A stretch of 64,000 bases of DNA, taken from Candidatus Thorarchaeota archaeon (lineage in GTDB: Archaea; Asgardarchaeota; Thorarchaeia; Thorarchaeales; Thorarchaeaceae). The stretch covers positions 51,879-115,878 of the forward strand of contig JAWOEX010000024.1 in NCBI GenBank assembly GCA_046482545.1, in the 5' to 3' direction. Made by a program: the position numbers and the translations under genes. Below are positions 20,032-29,870 of the stretch, piece after piece (within the stretch, counting starts at the first letter, position 1; each line of letters starts with the position of its first letter). The notes under the pieces were generated by a model. It was not told the origin of the DNA and did no database searches. It was given only the letters and a program-made list of their open reading frames with translations.

Positions 20032-21375
20032 TTACCAAGTCAAATCGAGAGGAATATCTTCAGGAGATGCGCTTCGTCTAAGCGTTCTGTACCCTACAGC
20101 ATCAAAGAAATTATTGTCCCAAGCCCAAGCGCCTTTCTTGATATCATACATTGTCTCAACAGAAACACAATCCGAAATCCCGCTTTGCAGTCTATGAACA
20201 ACGACGTTATCGACAAGCGAAGTAGCACGAAGTGCTAGATTTTTCATCTCGGCTGTCGACCCCTTTTTGCAGAATGACAGCAGTAATATTCGCTGCTCCG
20301 ACGTCTCTAGATTCTCTATTCGTGAAATGTACGTTAAAGGCAGGTAACGAGATGCAGCAAGCAGGTCTCCTGCTGCGTCCGACATGTGAAAAATAAGCAT
20401 TTCGCGTAAGGTGGGAATCCGCAATCTTGGACGGGGAAGCACAACCCGCTCGTTAAGTAGACGCAAGCGTGTGTCTACGACCGTGGTTTCCGATAGACCG
20501 GTTCTGGATGAAATTTCTGAGACTGCCATATCATAGTATTGTAGAAGAACCTGCAGAATCTTGGGCTCAGAGTTTGCCAGCGTAACCTCATTGTCACCGA
20601 CATTACGACTTGATTCACCAAAAACTAGTTCTTGACCTCCTTGCCTAAGCAGCATGCCGAAATGCAATGGTTCGATGTCCCATGATCGTTTATCCTTCGA
20701 GTAATAAGATGGGCTAAAATGAAGCGTACCTCTAGAAAGCTTATAGGCAGTGACACTTCTAGCGTCTGTACGCAACGAACGAACCATATTTAGAAAATCC
20801 GACTCCTTTTGCTTCGGTATCGTCGCAACAATGAAAACCTTCTGAGCTGATGCAGTGAATAGGAATTTGTGGAAATACGGACTTGAAGGAATGAGGTTCG
20901 GGGACTCGAGAACAATCAGGTATCGCTGTAGTCCAAGCTTGGATGCGTTCAAGAGACCACGAACTGCATAGATGCCAGTTTCTCTAAGGCGAGACATAGC
21001 ACGCCGGACCTGGTTATAGCTGAGATTGGGAATCTTCTCGCTCATCTGTTTCATAGATATGCTAGGTTTCTGGACAGCCACCGACAGGACCTGTAATTCT
21101 GGTTCTCGTAGAATCGATGCATTCTCGCCCATAATCTCGGTAACAATAGACCAGATATCGCGTTCGGTGACAAGTTGAACACCACCAGGATTTAACACTT
21201 CTTTGAGCCGATTGATTACAGCATCATGAAGGTTCCCCCTGTAATTCTGGACTATTTCTTGAAGCCGCATATGTTGCTCTCTCACAGTGTCACTATCTTG
21301 AGAATACTGAAAGTGCCGAATTGTATCAATGAATGCTTGGGCGTTCGGCGTGAGCTTCGGTTCTAATTCAACCAT
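20032..21375 (-). CDS. Multi-wHTH (Lrp/AsnC-like) protein of unknown function
   Basis: 447-aa ORF with two HTH-like segments (ISMKQMSEK..SYNQVRRAMSRL; VSEISSRTGLSETTV) followed by LNASKLGL and PRPRL linkers. Confidence 0.6.
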   Translation of the reverse strand: MVELEPKLTPNAQAFIDTIRHFQYSQDSDTVREQHMRLQEIVQNYRGNLHDAVINRLKEVLNPGGVQLVTERDIWSIVTEIMGENASILREPELQVLSVAVQKPSISMKQMSEKIPNLSYNQVRRAMSRLRETGIYAVRGLLNASKLGLQRYLIVLESPNLIPSSPYFHKFLFTASAQKVFIVATIPKQKESDFLNMVRSLRTDARSVTAYKLSRGTLHFSPSYYSKDKRSWDIEPLHFGMLLRQGGQELVFGESSRNVGDNEVTLANSEPKILQVLLQYYDMAVSEISSRTGLSETTVVDTRLRLLNERVVLPRPRLRIPTLREMLIFHMSDAAGDLLAASRYLPLTYISRIENLETSEQRILLLSFCKKGSTAEMKNLALRATSLVDNVVVHRLQSGISDCVSVETMYDIKKGAWAWDNNFFDAVGYRTLRRSASPEDIPLDLTW

Positions 21376-21448
21376 TCTTGAACACCTTAGAACTTACAGT
21401 GGATAGTCCTCAGAAAGTTGTCCTTATCGAGTCTAAAAAGCTCATGTA

Positions 21449-22207
21449 TCAAGTGGGAGCAGTACTTTCTTGCCATAGTGAATCGAAGTAAGCGTTTGCA
21501 ATAGCTGCAAACACCGCATGCGAAGAATAAACACCGACAAAACTGGTTTCATCTTCTCCACCCACAATGATGATTAGCGTCTGTTCAGAATCTACAACTA
21601 GCCCAGCACCGAAAACCCGATCACGTGTTCTTACTTCAAAGTCTCTCGGTATAGAAGGTTCAATCGCTTCATCCACATTTGCTGTTAGAATTCGTACTCG
21701 TTTTGCCTTCAGCTCGAGAACTCGTTTAACAACAGCATCGAGATTCTCAAGTGATAAATCTAGCTCCGGCAGAGATAACTTCACTTCGTCCCTCGCCTGC
21801 TCAAGCATTTCTATCGCTTTGGCAAGGATAGCTGCTCGACCATGAAGTACCCACACATCGCGCGTTGTAGCCTGTGTATCTTTCTCGAAACGCGGTTGAA
21901 GCTCTTCCACTACCCGCTCTGAATGTTTTTCCAGACGCCGTTCCCATTCCAGTCGTACTAAGCGAACCACCTCTGTCGGGGCCTTCGCCACATAGATAGT
22001 CGGCCGCCCCCCTCGGACTTGAATGAATCCTTTGTCTTCTAGGCGGTTCAACACATCATAGACCCTGCTGTAGGGCACATCGGAAGCCGAGCTCACTTCA
22101 GAGGCGGACATCTCACCACCAGAAACTAGAGCTACGTAAGCTTGTAGCTCATACTCAGTTAGGCCTAATTCTTTCAATGCCTTCTTCGTAGCTTCACTAA
22201 CAGACAT
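21449..22207 (-). CDS. TrmB family transcriptional regulator
   Basis: LGLTEYE, VPYSRVYDVLNRLEDKG and GRPTIY motifs. Confidence 0.9.
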   Translation of the reverse strand: MSVSEATKKALKELGLTEYELQAYVALVSGGEMSASEVSSASDVPYSRVYDVLNRLEDKGFIQVRGGRPTIYVAKAPTEVVRLVRLEWERRLEKHSERVVEELQPRFEKDTQATTRDVWVLHGRAAILAKAIEMLEQARDEVKLSLPELDLSLENLDAVVKRVLELKAKRVRILTANVDEAIEPSIPRDFEVRTRDRVFGAGLVVDSEQTLIIIVGGEDETSFVGVYSSHAVFAAIANAYFDSLWQESTAPT

Positions 22208-22243
22208 ATACCACCACTATGAATGGTAATATTATTTAGGTAT

Positions 22244-22807
22244 TTAAGTTGTGTACCAATCCAAGAATTGAGTGAAAGCCCGCGTGCGGTGAGAAATTTT
22301 CACTTTTTGTGAAAAGCCAAGCTGGGCGTATGTGCGCTCGAAACCTTCTGGTATGAAAATTGGGTCATATCCGAATCCTCTGCCTCCAGCTTCCTTTGTC
22401 CCTATTCTACCCTCCATAACACCTTTGAAGGTCTTGGTCTGCTCCCCGTTATAATATCCAACACAAGTAACGAATCGTGCGTTTCTGTTGGTAGTGTCTT
22501 CCATGAGCTTCAGGATGCCCGCGGTGCCAACTGTATCAAAGACAAAAGCCGCATAAGCACCGGGAAAGCCGTTGAGATAATCGATATAGAATCCCGTATC
22601 ATCCAAGACTACTGGACACTTGAGAGAATCATATGCAAATTTTGCAGCTTTCCTCGCAATGACTTCCACACTTTGCGAGCGAACTTCCTTTTTTTCTAAT
22701 GAGGATGTTTCAAACTCAACATCATACCGCCCGAATAATGGGATGAGTTCTTTCAGTTTATGTTCATTCTGCGTAACCAGTACGAGTCGTTGATTATTCC
22801 TTGGCAT
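22244..22807 (-). CDS. rdgB: XTP/dITP diphosphatase (HAM1/RdgB)
   Basis: TQNEHK, DDTG, GFPG, GFGYDPIF and SHR motifs. Confidence 0.93.
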   Translation of the reverse strand: MPRNNQRLVLVTQNEHKLKELIPLFGRYDVEFETSSLEKKEVRSQSVEVIARKAAKFAYDSLKCPVVLDDTGFYIDYLNGFPGAYAAFVFDTVGTAGILKLMEDTTNRNARFVTCVGYYNGEQTKTFKGVMEGRIGTKEAGGRGFGYDPIFIPEGFERTYAQLGFSQKVKISHRTRAFTQFLDWYTT

Positions 22808-23918
22808 AGGAAAGTACTTGCTTCAATATACTGTAAGAGTCTTTGGTCTTGTCCAAATCGAACATACCCGTGGAATTCCAAAGAATGATATGCTGCAGAC
22901 CTTGCTTCTGGTACTCCTCAAGAGCTGATATTATGTCTTCAGCAGAACCATGTAGATAGAACTCTTTGAGAATTTCGAGCGGTACTTGCTCAATGGCCTT
23001 CAGTGTAGTTTCGCGGTCAAGTTTTTGGGGAATGTAGTCACGCAGAGAGTAGAAATCATCTCCTAAGGGATGTGAAAAGCTGTGTTTTTGCCACTCCGAA
23101 GCGGGGTAGAGAAGAGTGAAAGCCTTGGCAAGTGGAGTGTCCATCATCTCTTCGCAAACCGATGGCTCGTCATCCAAGATGCACCAACTCCACAACGCAG
23201 GTGTGAAATCTCCCTGCTTGTCGATGCGATCCCTATGATTCTCGATTATCTTCAAGCGTTCTCCATACTGCTTAGGTTTGAGCAGTGTAGGTATCCATCC
23301 ATCAGCAAACTCAGCAGTTATCTCTAGCATCTTCGGTCCATGCGCCCCAATCCAAATCGGAGGTGGATGACCCTCTCTCGCAGGTCTCAGAGACATCACT
23401 GCATTCTTCAGCTTCCAGAAGTGGCCATCGAAGGAGATAGGCTCATGTGTTTCCCAAATCATATGGATTATCATCAGGGCTTCTCGGAGCTTGCCAACCT
23501 GAGCTGAATACGACAGGCCATACGGCTCGATATTCTCAATCTCTCCTGCCCCGAGTCCCATGATGGTGCGACCTTGGCTAATATGATCCAATGTCAAGAA
23601 CGTCTGAGCAAGCAGAAAGGGGTGCCTTCGGATGGGTTCGGTCACTGCAGAGATTAATTTGACTCTTTCAGTCACTACCGCACAGGCAGACATTATGCTA
23701 CTAAGCTCGAAGTAGGTGTGCGGGGATTGTTGAATGAGTGCCAACGGGGTTATATCAGGTGTCCATATGCTGTCAGGGACAAAGCCCGCAAAATGGTCCG
23801 GAAACGCCATACTATCATAGCCTAATGAGTCAATTAAGCGGGCATTTTTCTTCACGTTACTCCATGGTGGAAGAAATGGGCCCGGGGCGCCTATCTCCAA
23901 GTTGGAAAGAGATCTCAT
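22794..23918 (-). CDS. LLM-class (probably F420-dependent) oxidoreductase
   Basis: GYDS..FPDH, VTEPIRRHP, TLDHISQGR..GLGAGE and PPIWIGAHGPKML motifs. Confidence 0.88.
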   Translation of the reverse strand: MRSLSNLEIGAPGPFLPPWSNVKKNARLIDSLGYDSMAFPDHFAGFVPDSIWTPDITPLALIQQSPHTYFELSSIMSACAVVTERVKLISAVTEPIRRHPFLLAQTFLTLDHISQGRTIMGLGAGEIENIEPYGLSYSAQVGKLREALMIIHMIWETHEPISFDGHFWKLKNAVMSLRPAREGHPPPIWIGAHGPKMLEITAEFADGWIPTLLKPKQYGERLKIIENHRDRIDKQGDFTPALWSWCILDDEPSVCEEMMDTPLAKAFTLLYPASEWQKHSFSHPLGDDFYSLRDYIPQKLDRETTLKAIEQVPLEILKEFYLHGSAEDIISALEEYQKQGLQHIILWNSTGMFDLDKTKDSYSILKQVLSYAKE

Positions 23919-25112
23919 TTACGCACTCCTCTCTGCGAATCGTATAAGGAGATTCTTTACTTTATCAAAATCGGCCAACCGCATGAATTCGTCAACCCCA
24001 TGGAAGTTGCAATCTCGAGCTATTACACCATAGCAAACAGTAGGTATGCCAACCTTGCTGAAGTATGTTCCGTCATTTCCACCGAGTTCTCCACACAGTG
24101 TGATATCCGGACTTACTACGGCTTTGGCCGCATCATGGAAAGCGGTAACCAAGAAGTGTTGCGGGTCTGTACACCATCCGTCAATTTGGTGCTCGATTTC
24201 CAGACTTGCGTCGACAAAGGTTTCTTCCTTGACTAATTCGAAAAAGCTCCGGAATTCGGCGATGATTTCATCAGCACTTTCTTCGGGGATCAAACGAAGA
24301 TCGAAGTGAACCTCCGCCTTGCCGGGGATTATGTTGGTCTTTGTTCCGGCATGATACATAGTAATGCTGAATCGGCCCCAGAGATTCCGGTGGGGCGAAC
24401 CTGGCGGAGCGGGAACCATGGACTCCACATTCTGCCTTGTATCAGAAAATCGCATTATCCCATCTAGGAATGGTAGTGAAAGGTGTATAGCATTTCTAAA
24501 CATGAAAGGGTAACCGGCATGGCCTTGCTTACCTTTGATGGTAATTCCTCCAGCGACTACCCCACTTGCACCTATACTGACAAATTCTGGTCCACTATCC
24601 ACGACCACCGCAAAATCGCCACGAATTTTTGGTGGCCCGTTGATTATGTAGTCAATACCAAGCTCACCTCCGACTTCTTCATTTGGTGAGACAAGTATCT
24701 TCAGATTCACTTTAGAAGTCCCTTTCTCGACGAGTTCTTTTGCAGCACTGACAGCAGCGACAACATTGCCCTTATCATCGCTAACACCTCTACCGTATGC
24801 CTTGTCTTTTTCAATGGTCAGAGTAAAGGGGTCCCTTATCCATTCGTCCAAATCTCCAGCCGGTACAATGTCATAATGTGTGCATAACAGTACAGTCTGT
24901 TCAGCGCCTGCATCCATGGTGGCAACGATATTTGGTTGAGATATTCCACCTCCCTCAGAATCGAATACTTCCACTTCTAGTCCCGCATCTTTACAGTAAT
25001 CCATCAATACTTCTGCACACTGAGGGTAGTTTACTTTCTCAATACTGTTAGTATCTAGTTCAACCAGCTGCCGGAGAAACTCAGTTTCCCACTGATTCAT
25101 GTGTCTTGTCAA
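23919..25112 (-). CDS. M20 family metallo-hydrolase (DapE/ArgE-like)
   Basis: THYDIVP, GRGVSDDKG, NEEVGG, GKQGH and HGVDE motifs. Confidence 0.9.
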   Translation of the reverse strand: MTRHMNQWETEFLRQLVELDTNSIEKVNYPQCAEVLMDYCKDAGLEVEVFDSEGGGISQPNIVATMDAGAEQTVLLCTHYDIVPAGDLDEWIRDPFTLTIEKDKAYGRGVSDDKGNVVAAVSAAKELVEKGTSKVNLKILVSPNEEVGGELGIDYIINGPPKIRGDFAVVVDSGPEFVSIGASGVVAGGITIKGKQGHAGYPFMFRNAIHLSLPFLDGIMRFSDTRQNVESMVPAPPGSPHRNLWGRFSITMYHAGTKTNIIPGKAEVHFDLRLIPEESADEIIAEFRSFFELVKEETFVDASLEIEHQIDGWCTDPQHFLVTAFHDAAKAVVSPDITLCGELGGNDGTYFSKVGIPTVCYGVIARDCNFHGVDEFMRLADFDKVKNLLIRFAERSA

Positions 25113-25252
25113 CCCTGTGAATGGTGCATCTTATAGCAAATTGGCATAAATTACTTGTGAGAGAAGGTCGTGAAGGGAATTGTTCATATATTCTTCCAAC
25201 ATCGGTTGCACGAAAAGGGGCCGAAGGTCTCAAACACAGAATGGGAATTTGA

Positions 25253-25876
25253 ATGTCTGAAGCGGTGGTTTACTATATTGTCAAGGGCAGACTCATTCGC
25301 ATGCCCAGAAAAGGAGCATTCGGAAAGAGTGATTGTTACTTGGTAGATGCAGGTGAAGAATTGTATCTTTGGGTAGGCTCTGAACAGGAGACAGAAGAAC
25401 ATACACTAGCTCAGGCAGCGGAAGTACTCAAACAGATGAAAGAGAAAGATATCGAACTACTTCGTCTTCCAGCCGGACACGAACCTCGAGAATTCCGAGA
25501 TCTTTTTCCAGCCTTTCGCGTAACTACAGAAAGTGCAGAGAGGTTCGTACAAGAAGTAGCTACTAGGCGGCATGAACACAGGCTCTGGATGGTGCACAAG
25601 ATAGAAGGTGAAGTCTGGTTTCGCGAAGTACCCGCACACGAAGATTCGCTCGAAAGCGATAGCGTTTTTGTTCTTGATACGTGGGAGAAATTCTACATCT
25701 GGAGAGGAAAAGATGCAGATACAGCCGACTTGGATCCAATGGTCATAGTTAGAGGCTATGATGCCCGTAGAATTGGACCGCGGGACGTCTCCGTAGTGGA
25801 TGAAGGTGAAGAATCAGAGGGTTTCAAGCAGGATCTCATTACAGATCAAGAAGAAAAGCTCTATTCCAACATGTAA
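25253..25876 (+). CDS. Two-domain gelsolin-like protein (Asgard 2DGel type)
   Basis: Two gelsolin repeats: F.KSDCYLVDAGEELYLWVGS...GHEPREF and SLESDSVFVLDT.EKFYIWRGKDA...VDEGEESEGF. Confidence 0.85.
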   Translation: MSEAVVYYIVKGRLIRMPRKGAFGKSDCYLVDAGEELYLWVGSEQETEEHTLAQAAEVLKQMKEKDIELLRLPAGHEPREFRDLFPAFRVTTESAERFVQEVATRRHEHRLWMVHKIEGEVWFREVPAHEDSLESDSVFVLDTWEKFYIWRGKDADTADLDPMVIVRGYDARRIGPRDVSVVDEGEESEGFKQDLITDQEEKLYSNM

Positions 25877-25880
25877 ATCG

Positions 25881-27335
25881 TTATACCAATCTGTAATGGC
25901 CGGACCGTGGTTCATAAGCCGCAGCGTCCTTTTTCATTTCCTCAAGCGTTCTTGCAGCGACTTGAAGTTCTACCTCAGCTTCATCAGCAATCTCTTGCAA
26001 AGTGGGCCCTAGCGAGTTCGCCTTACCAGTATCAAGACTTCGTAATGCACGGTGTACCTTGGTATTATAGCGATGTAGCGGACGGCCTTTACCCCAATCG
26101 GCCTCCGCACCCTCTCTAAGTGCAGCAATCTCAGCGAATTCCTTCAGAGCGGGTTCCAGTATATTGTCCCATGCCCGCTTCAAATCCTTAGCGGTTACTT
26201 TTGTGTCCCAGTCGGCCCGGGCCGTAGACCGCGCTAATCGTATTGTACTCAGAGGTCGCCCCATCCGGTCAGCATCTAGTAGATGACCCCGTCCCAGAAC
26301 CGATTTTTCAAAGCCGAAACTATCTCTCAACAGCTGTAATCGGGAAACTACATGTTCTGTAGCAGACTCTATGGCTCTCTCAGAAATTTGGGGCGTCAAA
26401 AGCTGGTAGGTTATAGATGATTTCAGAATTGGGAGGCTCAAAGCCTCCGCATTACTACTTTCAACCCAGAAGTCCTCCGTTGCCAATGCCAATGGGACAT
26501 CAGGGAGTGCTGCAGTTTCGCTATCGGTGAGTGCTCCCATCGACACTTCGCGGAACCCGGAAGGGTCAATCCGTTCGACACAGAGCTTTCTAATTTTGGA
26601 TTTATTCGTCTTTCCTACATCAAGACGCCAGCGTCTAGGAGTAGTTACCTGCAGTCCACGGACATTCCTGTTAACAGGCCAATTTCCTCGAAGAGTGGGT
26701 GGAACAGCCTTTTTCATGAATGAGAATAGGCGGCGCACCTGTTTCTTGGATGCGATGGCTTGGATACCTGTGGCTAAACCCCCCACAGCATCCTGAAATG
26801 GCGGACTTGATACGAAAAGACGAGCGAAAACTCGCTTACTGGCTTCAGCCATACCCACATCCTTGAACAGCAACCCAGAAAGGTCCTTGAGTGACATCGG
26901 TGGCTGAATCTCCGAAAGAAAATCGAAGTCGACTGTCTCCAAAGCCTCAGCTGAAATCGCCCTCACAGTCTCATCTGACTGCTGTAGGACCGAAGGAACG
27001 GCTATGTTCCTGCCTTCCACCTCTACTATGGCTCCGTCTGGAGGCTGTGTTTGATTCTCGTGGAGATATACAAAAACACCCCCAAGCATGTAAGGACTTG
27101 GAGAAAGCAGGAAAACCGAATCATTGGCGGTATGCCGTACGAATCCCTTGTATCTCCTCCGGCGACTGCTGACCTTTTGGCTGAATTCCCTGTGGAATCT
27201 GTGCTCCCATGCAGTGAGCTGCGAACCGAATTCTCTATCGAATATATCAGCTGCTGTTGAGACATCAGCCAATCTATCACGCGGCTTTCCGTAATCCTCT
27301 ATCAGGTCAATCGGTTCCAGAATGACCACCTTCAT
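25881..27335 (-). CDS. Degenerate (ATPase-motif-less) MCM-like protein
   Basis: MCM-like OB segment PDGAIVEVEG; lid TPQISERA...RPLSTIRLARSTARA...VTAKDL; C-terminal wH ending YEPRSGHYRLV. No Walker A/B. Confidence 0.65.
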   Translation of the reverse strand: MKVVILEPIDLIEDYGKPRDRLADVSTAADIFDREFGSQLTAWEHRFHREFSQKVSSRRRRYKGFVRHTANDSVFLLSPSPYMLGGVFVYLHENQTQPPDGAIVEVEGRNIAVPSVLQQSDETVRAISAEALETVDFDFLSEIQPPMSLKDLSGLLFKDVGMAEASKRVFARLFVSSPPFQDAVGGLATGIQAIASKKQVRRLFSFMKKAVPPTLRGNWPVNRNVRGLQVTTPRRWRLDVGKTNKSKIRKLCVERIDPSGFREVSMGALTDSETAALPDVPLALATEDFWVESSNAEALSLPILKSSITYQLLTPQISERAIESATEHVVSRLQLLRDSFGFEKSVLGRGHLLDADRMGRPLSTIRLARSTARADWDTKVTAKDLKRAWDNILEPALKEFAEIAALREGAEADWGKGRPLHRYNTKVHRALRSLDTGKANSLGPTLQEIADEAEVELQVAARTLEEMKKDAAAYEPRSGHYRLV

Positions 27336-28308
27336 ATCGCTTGTTTGTATTTTGATTCTCGCGCTGCGCATAAACTTCATAGGCTTTGGGATATTTTTCG
27401 GCCAACTCTTCTATTGATGGAAGCCTGTCTTTGTAAGGCTTATACAGCTCGCCTAAATCTCTACGAGAAAGTTCGGACTGGATAATCGGTTGCAGTTCAT
27501 CATTGATTTCATAGCCAAGATAATGGCGGTAACCTGTCTTGCATGCAGCTGCAGTGGTTCCATTTCCCATGAACGGGTCTAGGACTAGGTCCCCAGGCCG
27601 AGAAGAGTAGTCGACGCATCTCATAACCACTTCTAAAGGCAAGCGAGTTCCGTTCTTGGCGCAACCAGCACGATACTGCCGGTTCATATTCCAGACATCA
27701 AGTGGATAATGCTGAATTTTATTGAAGAAGTATGATTGTGGGTACTTCACGAAAAGAAGTACATGATAGTGGCTAGTAACGAACTTTTTGCGGGTGAAGA
27801 CACCGAATGGATATTTCCAGATGACATGATTGAGAATCGAAAGGCCCGCTAGGCGTCCTCCCCTAAGAATGGATTCTAGGTTGCTCCAACCACTGAACAC
27901 GTATGCCGAACCATGCTTTTTCAGGAGGCGTGGTATCTCAGCCATCCAGTGCCTCGTGAAATCCATATATGAACCATTAATTTCCTCGTAACCATCTACC
28001 ACATGTTCTTGATTTCGATTGTAGACACTGCTTTTCCCGTCAAATTCTATCCCAAAAGGCGGATCAGCGATTACCAAATCTGTGCACCCATCTGGGAGTT
28101 TGCTCATCGCCTTGACACAATCTTGGTAGTGTATCCTGTCACAAATGTCTGATGGAATCTCTTCGGCTTTTTGTTGGTATAGGTTTCTCGCTTCATCCAC
28201 AGTCCAGTCATAGGTCGGTTCGAAATAGAATTCGGCAAGATTTGGAACATAGCCTGAGCTACTTGCGTCAGAACTACTGCTATCATTGTTGCCATCGTTT
28301 ACAGTCAT
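27307..28308 (-). CDS. Site-specific DNA methyltransferase (N6-A/N4-C, beta class)
   Basis: Motif IV IADPPF precedes motif I LDPFMGNGTT. Confidence 0.9.
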   Translation of the reverse strand: MTVNDGNNDSSSSDASSSGYVPNLAEFYFEPTYDWTVDEARNLYQQKAEEIPSDICDRIHYQDCVKAMSKLPDGCTDLVIADPPFGIEFDGKSSVYNRNQEHVVDGYEEINGSYMDFTRHWMAEIPRLLKKHGSAYVFSGWSNLESILRGGRLAGLSILNHVIWKYPFGVFTRKKFVTSHYHVLLFVKYPQSYFFNKIQHYPLDVWNMNRQYRAGCAKNGTRLPLEVVMRCVDYSSRPGDLVLDPFMGNGTTAAACKTGYRHYLGYEINDELQPIIQSELSRRDLGELYKPYKDRLPSIEELAEKYPKAYEVYAQRENQNTNKRYEGGHSGTD

Positions 28309-28370
28309 ATTCCAAGCCGCTAAGACTATCTTCGTACTTTCTCTTTAAAATATACGCAGGTATTCCAAAA

Positions 28371-28763
28371 TTAGGTATGTTTCCAGTGTGCCTTCAGATT
28401 GTCCACTCTTGTACGAAGGGGTGGGACGTAAGGATAAACTATGTACAGAATGGCAACAAGGCACCAAACAATCCACAATCCCCCGTAAATGAAAACGGTA
28501 TAAACGAAAGCATCAAGGGGACTAAGCGGACTTACCATAGGAGTCCACGAACCGAAATCCCTTGGTATGGGGAAAAGCACCATATTGGGTCTAGGCCAGA
28601 AGAACCCATTGAGCGGGTCGCCCATTATCATCCTTCCAAACCATACCATACCAATTAAGTCAAGCAACAAAGCTACGACTATGAGTCGCCGAACCTTGGC
28701 CAAACGGCTTAGCCCGTTCTTAGATGAAAGCCACGCATTTTGAGGGTCAGAATCGTCAGCCAA
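28371..28763 (-). CDS. Hypothetical membrane protein (2 TM)
   Basis: 130-aa ORF with two hydrophobic segments, co-oriented upstream of the methyltransferase. Confidence 0.6.
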   Translation of the reverse strand: MADDSDPQNAWLSSKNGLSRLAKVRRLIVVALLLDLIGMVWFGRMIMGDPLNGFFWPRPNMVLFPIPRDFGSWTPMVSPLSPLDAFVYTVFIYGGLWIVWCLVAILYIVYPYVPPLRTRVDNLKAHWKHT

Positions 28764-29306
28764 AGTCCATCAGCCTTTGTTCATTGTGTTCGCTCTTAGA
28801 AACATAAGGCTTGGCTTCAGTGCTGCCATTCTCTATGAACAGAAAGAAACTAATTCACATTATGTTTCAGAGGGCGATTTATTGTCCATTAAAATCCACT
28901 GGAGTTCTTCAATTGAAATCTTCCTGAAGTCCCTCTCTTGGCGTCGAGCATTATCTATCTCAAATCCCTTTACTGTTACTTTGACTAATGCTCTATTTTC
29001 CGCTTATTCTCTTGTTTGATTTTTGTCCAAGTAGAAGTTTCACAGCACCCTACACCCTTGAAAAGTACAGACCCTCGTGTCTCGGTCCAGCTGCGTAGCA
29101 TCATAGACGGTGTTACCGTTACCTCATATGTCTGCTGTTTATCCTTTTGAGCACATTTCAAGAGTGCCTTGGACCGGCGTGAAAATCGAACGAGTGAGAC
29201 CTAGGGTTCGAGTTGTTCATTCAAATCCGTCTAATTATTCATTGCGAAATATTAATACTGAGCACTCCTGTCGAAGACAAGAGATATCTTGCAAAGATTG
29301 CTGTGA

Positions 29307-29870
29307 GTGGAATACATGACAGAAGAAGCGACAGAAAGGAGAGAACCTATATCACGTCGGCCGGCTAGGGTCGACCCAGAATTCAAGCACGAAGTGTTGA
29401 GAGAGCCGGGTGGCGAGAGCCTGAAACAGTGCTTCCAGTGTGGTACGTGTACAGCAGGATGTATCATCGCAGAACATAGTAAAGAGTATCAAGGACCTCG
29501 AAAAATCATAAGGATGGCTCAACTTGGTCTAGTTGAAGAACTTCTCTCAAGTCCTGAGCTCTGGTACTGTAGTACCTGTTATTCCTGCACAGAGGTCTGC
29601 CCACAGGGAGTCACGGCCAAGGACATCATCAGGGTGCTTCAGAACATAGCTGTGAAACGGGGTTACGTGCCCAAGGGGTATCAGAAGATAGCTGAGAGTA
29701 TCCTGAAAACCGGCTGGGCACAAAAGGTCAGTAGATTCAAGCTGAAGAAGAGGGAGAAACAGGGGCTTCCACCGCTCCCCGATACGGATCGGGATGAGGT
29801 TGAGAAGCTAATGAAGACCACCGGGCTAGATGAGATTGCTGGAGCTGAAGAAGCGGAGGAAGAAGAATGA
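29307..29870 (+). CDS. hdrC: Heterodisulfide reductase subunit C
   Basis: CFQCGTCTAGC and WYCSTCYSCTEVCP motifs; start may be ATG 29316. Confidence 0.93.
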   Translation: MEYMTEEATERREPISRRPARVDPEFKHEVLREPGGESLKQCFQCGTCTAGCIIAEHSKEYQGPRKIIRMAQLGLVEELLSSPELWYCSTCYSCTEVCPQGVTAKDIIRVLQNIAVKRGYVPKGYQKIAESILKTGWAQKVSRFKLKKREKQGLPPLPDTDRDEVEKLMKTTGLDEIAGAEEAEEEE

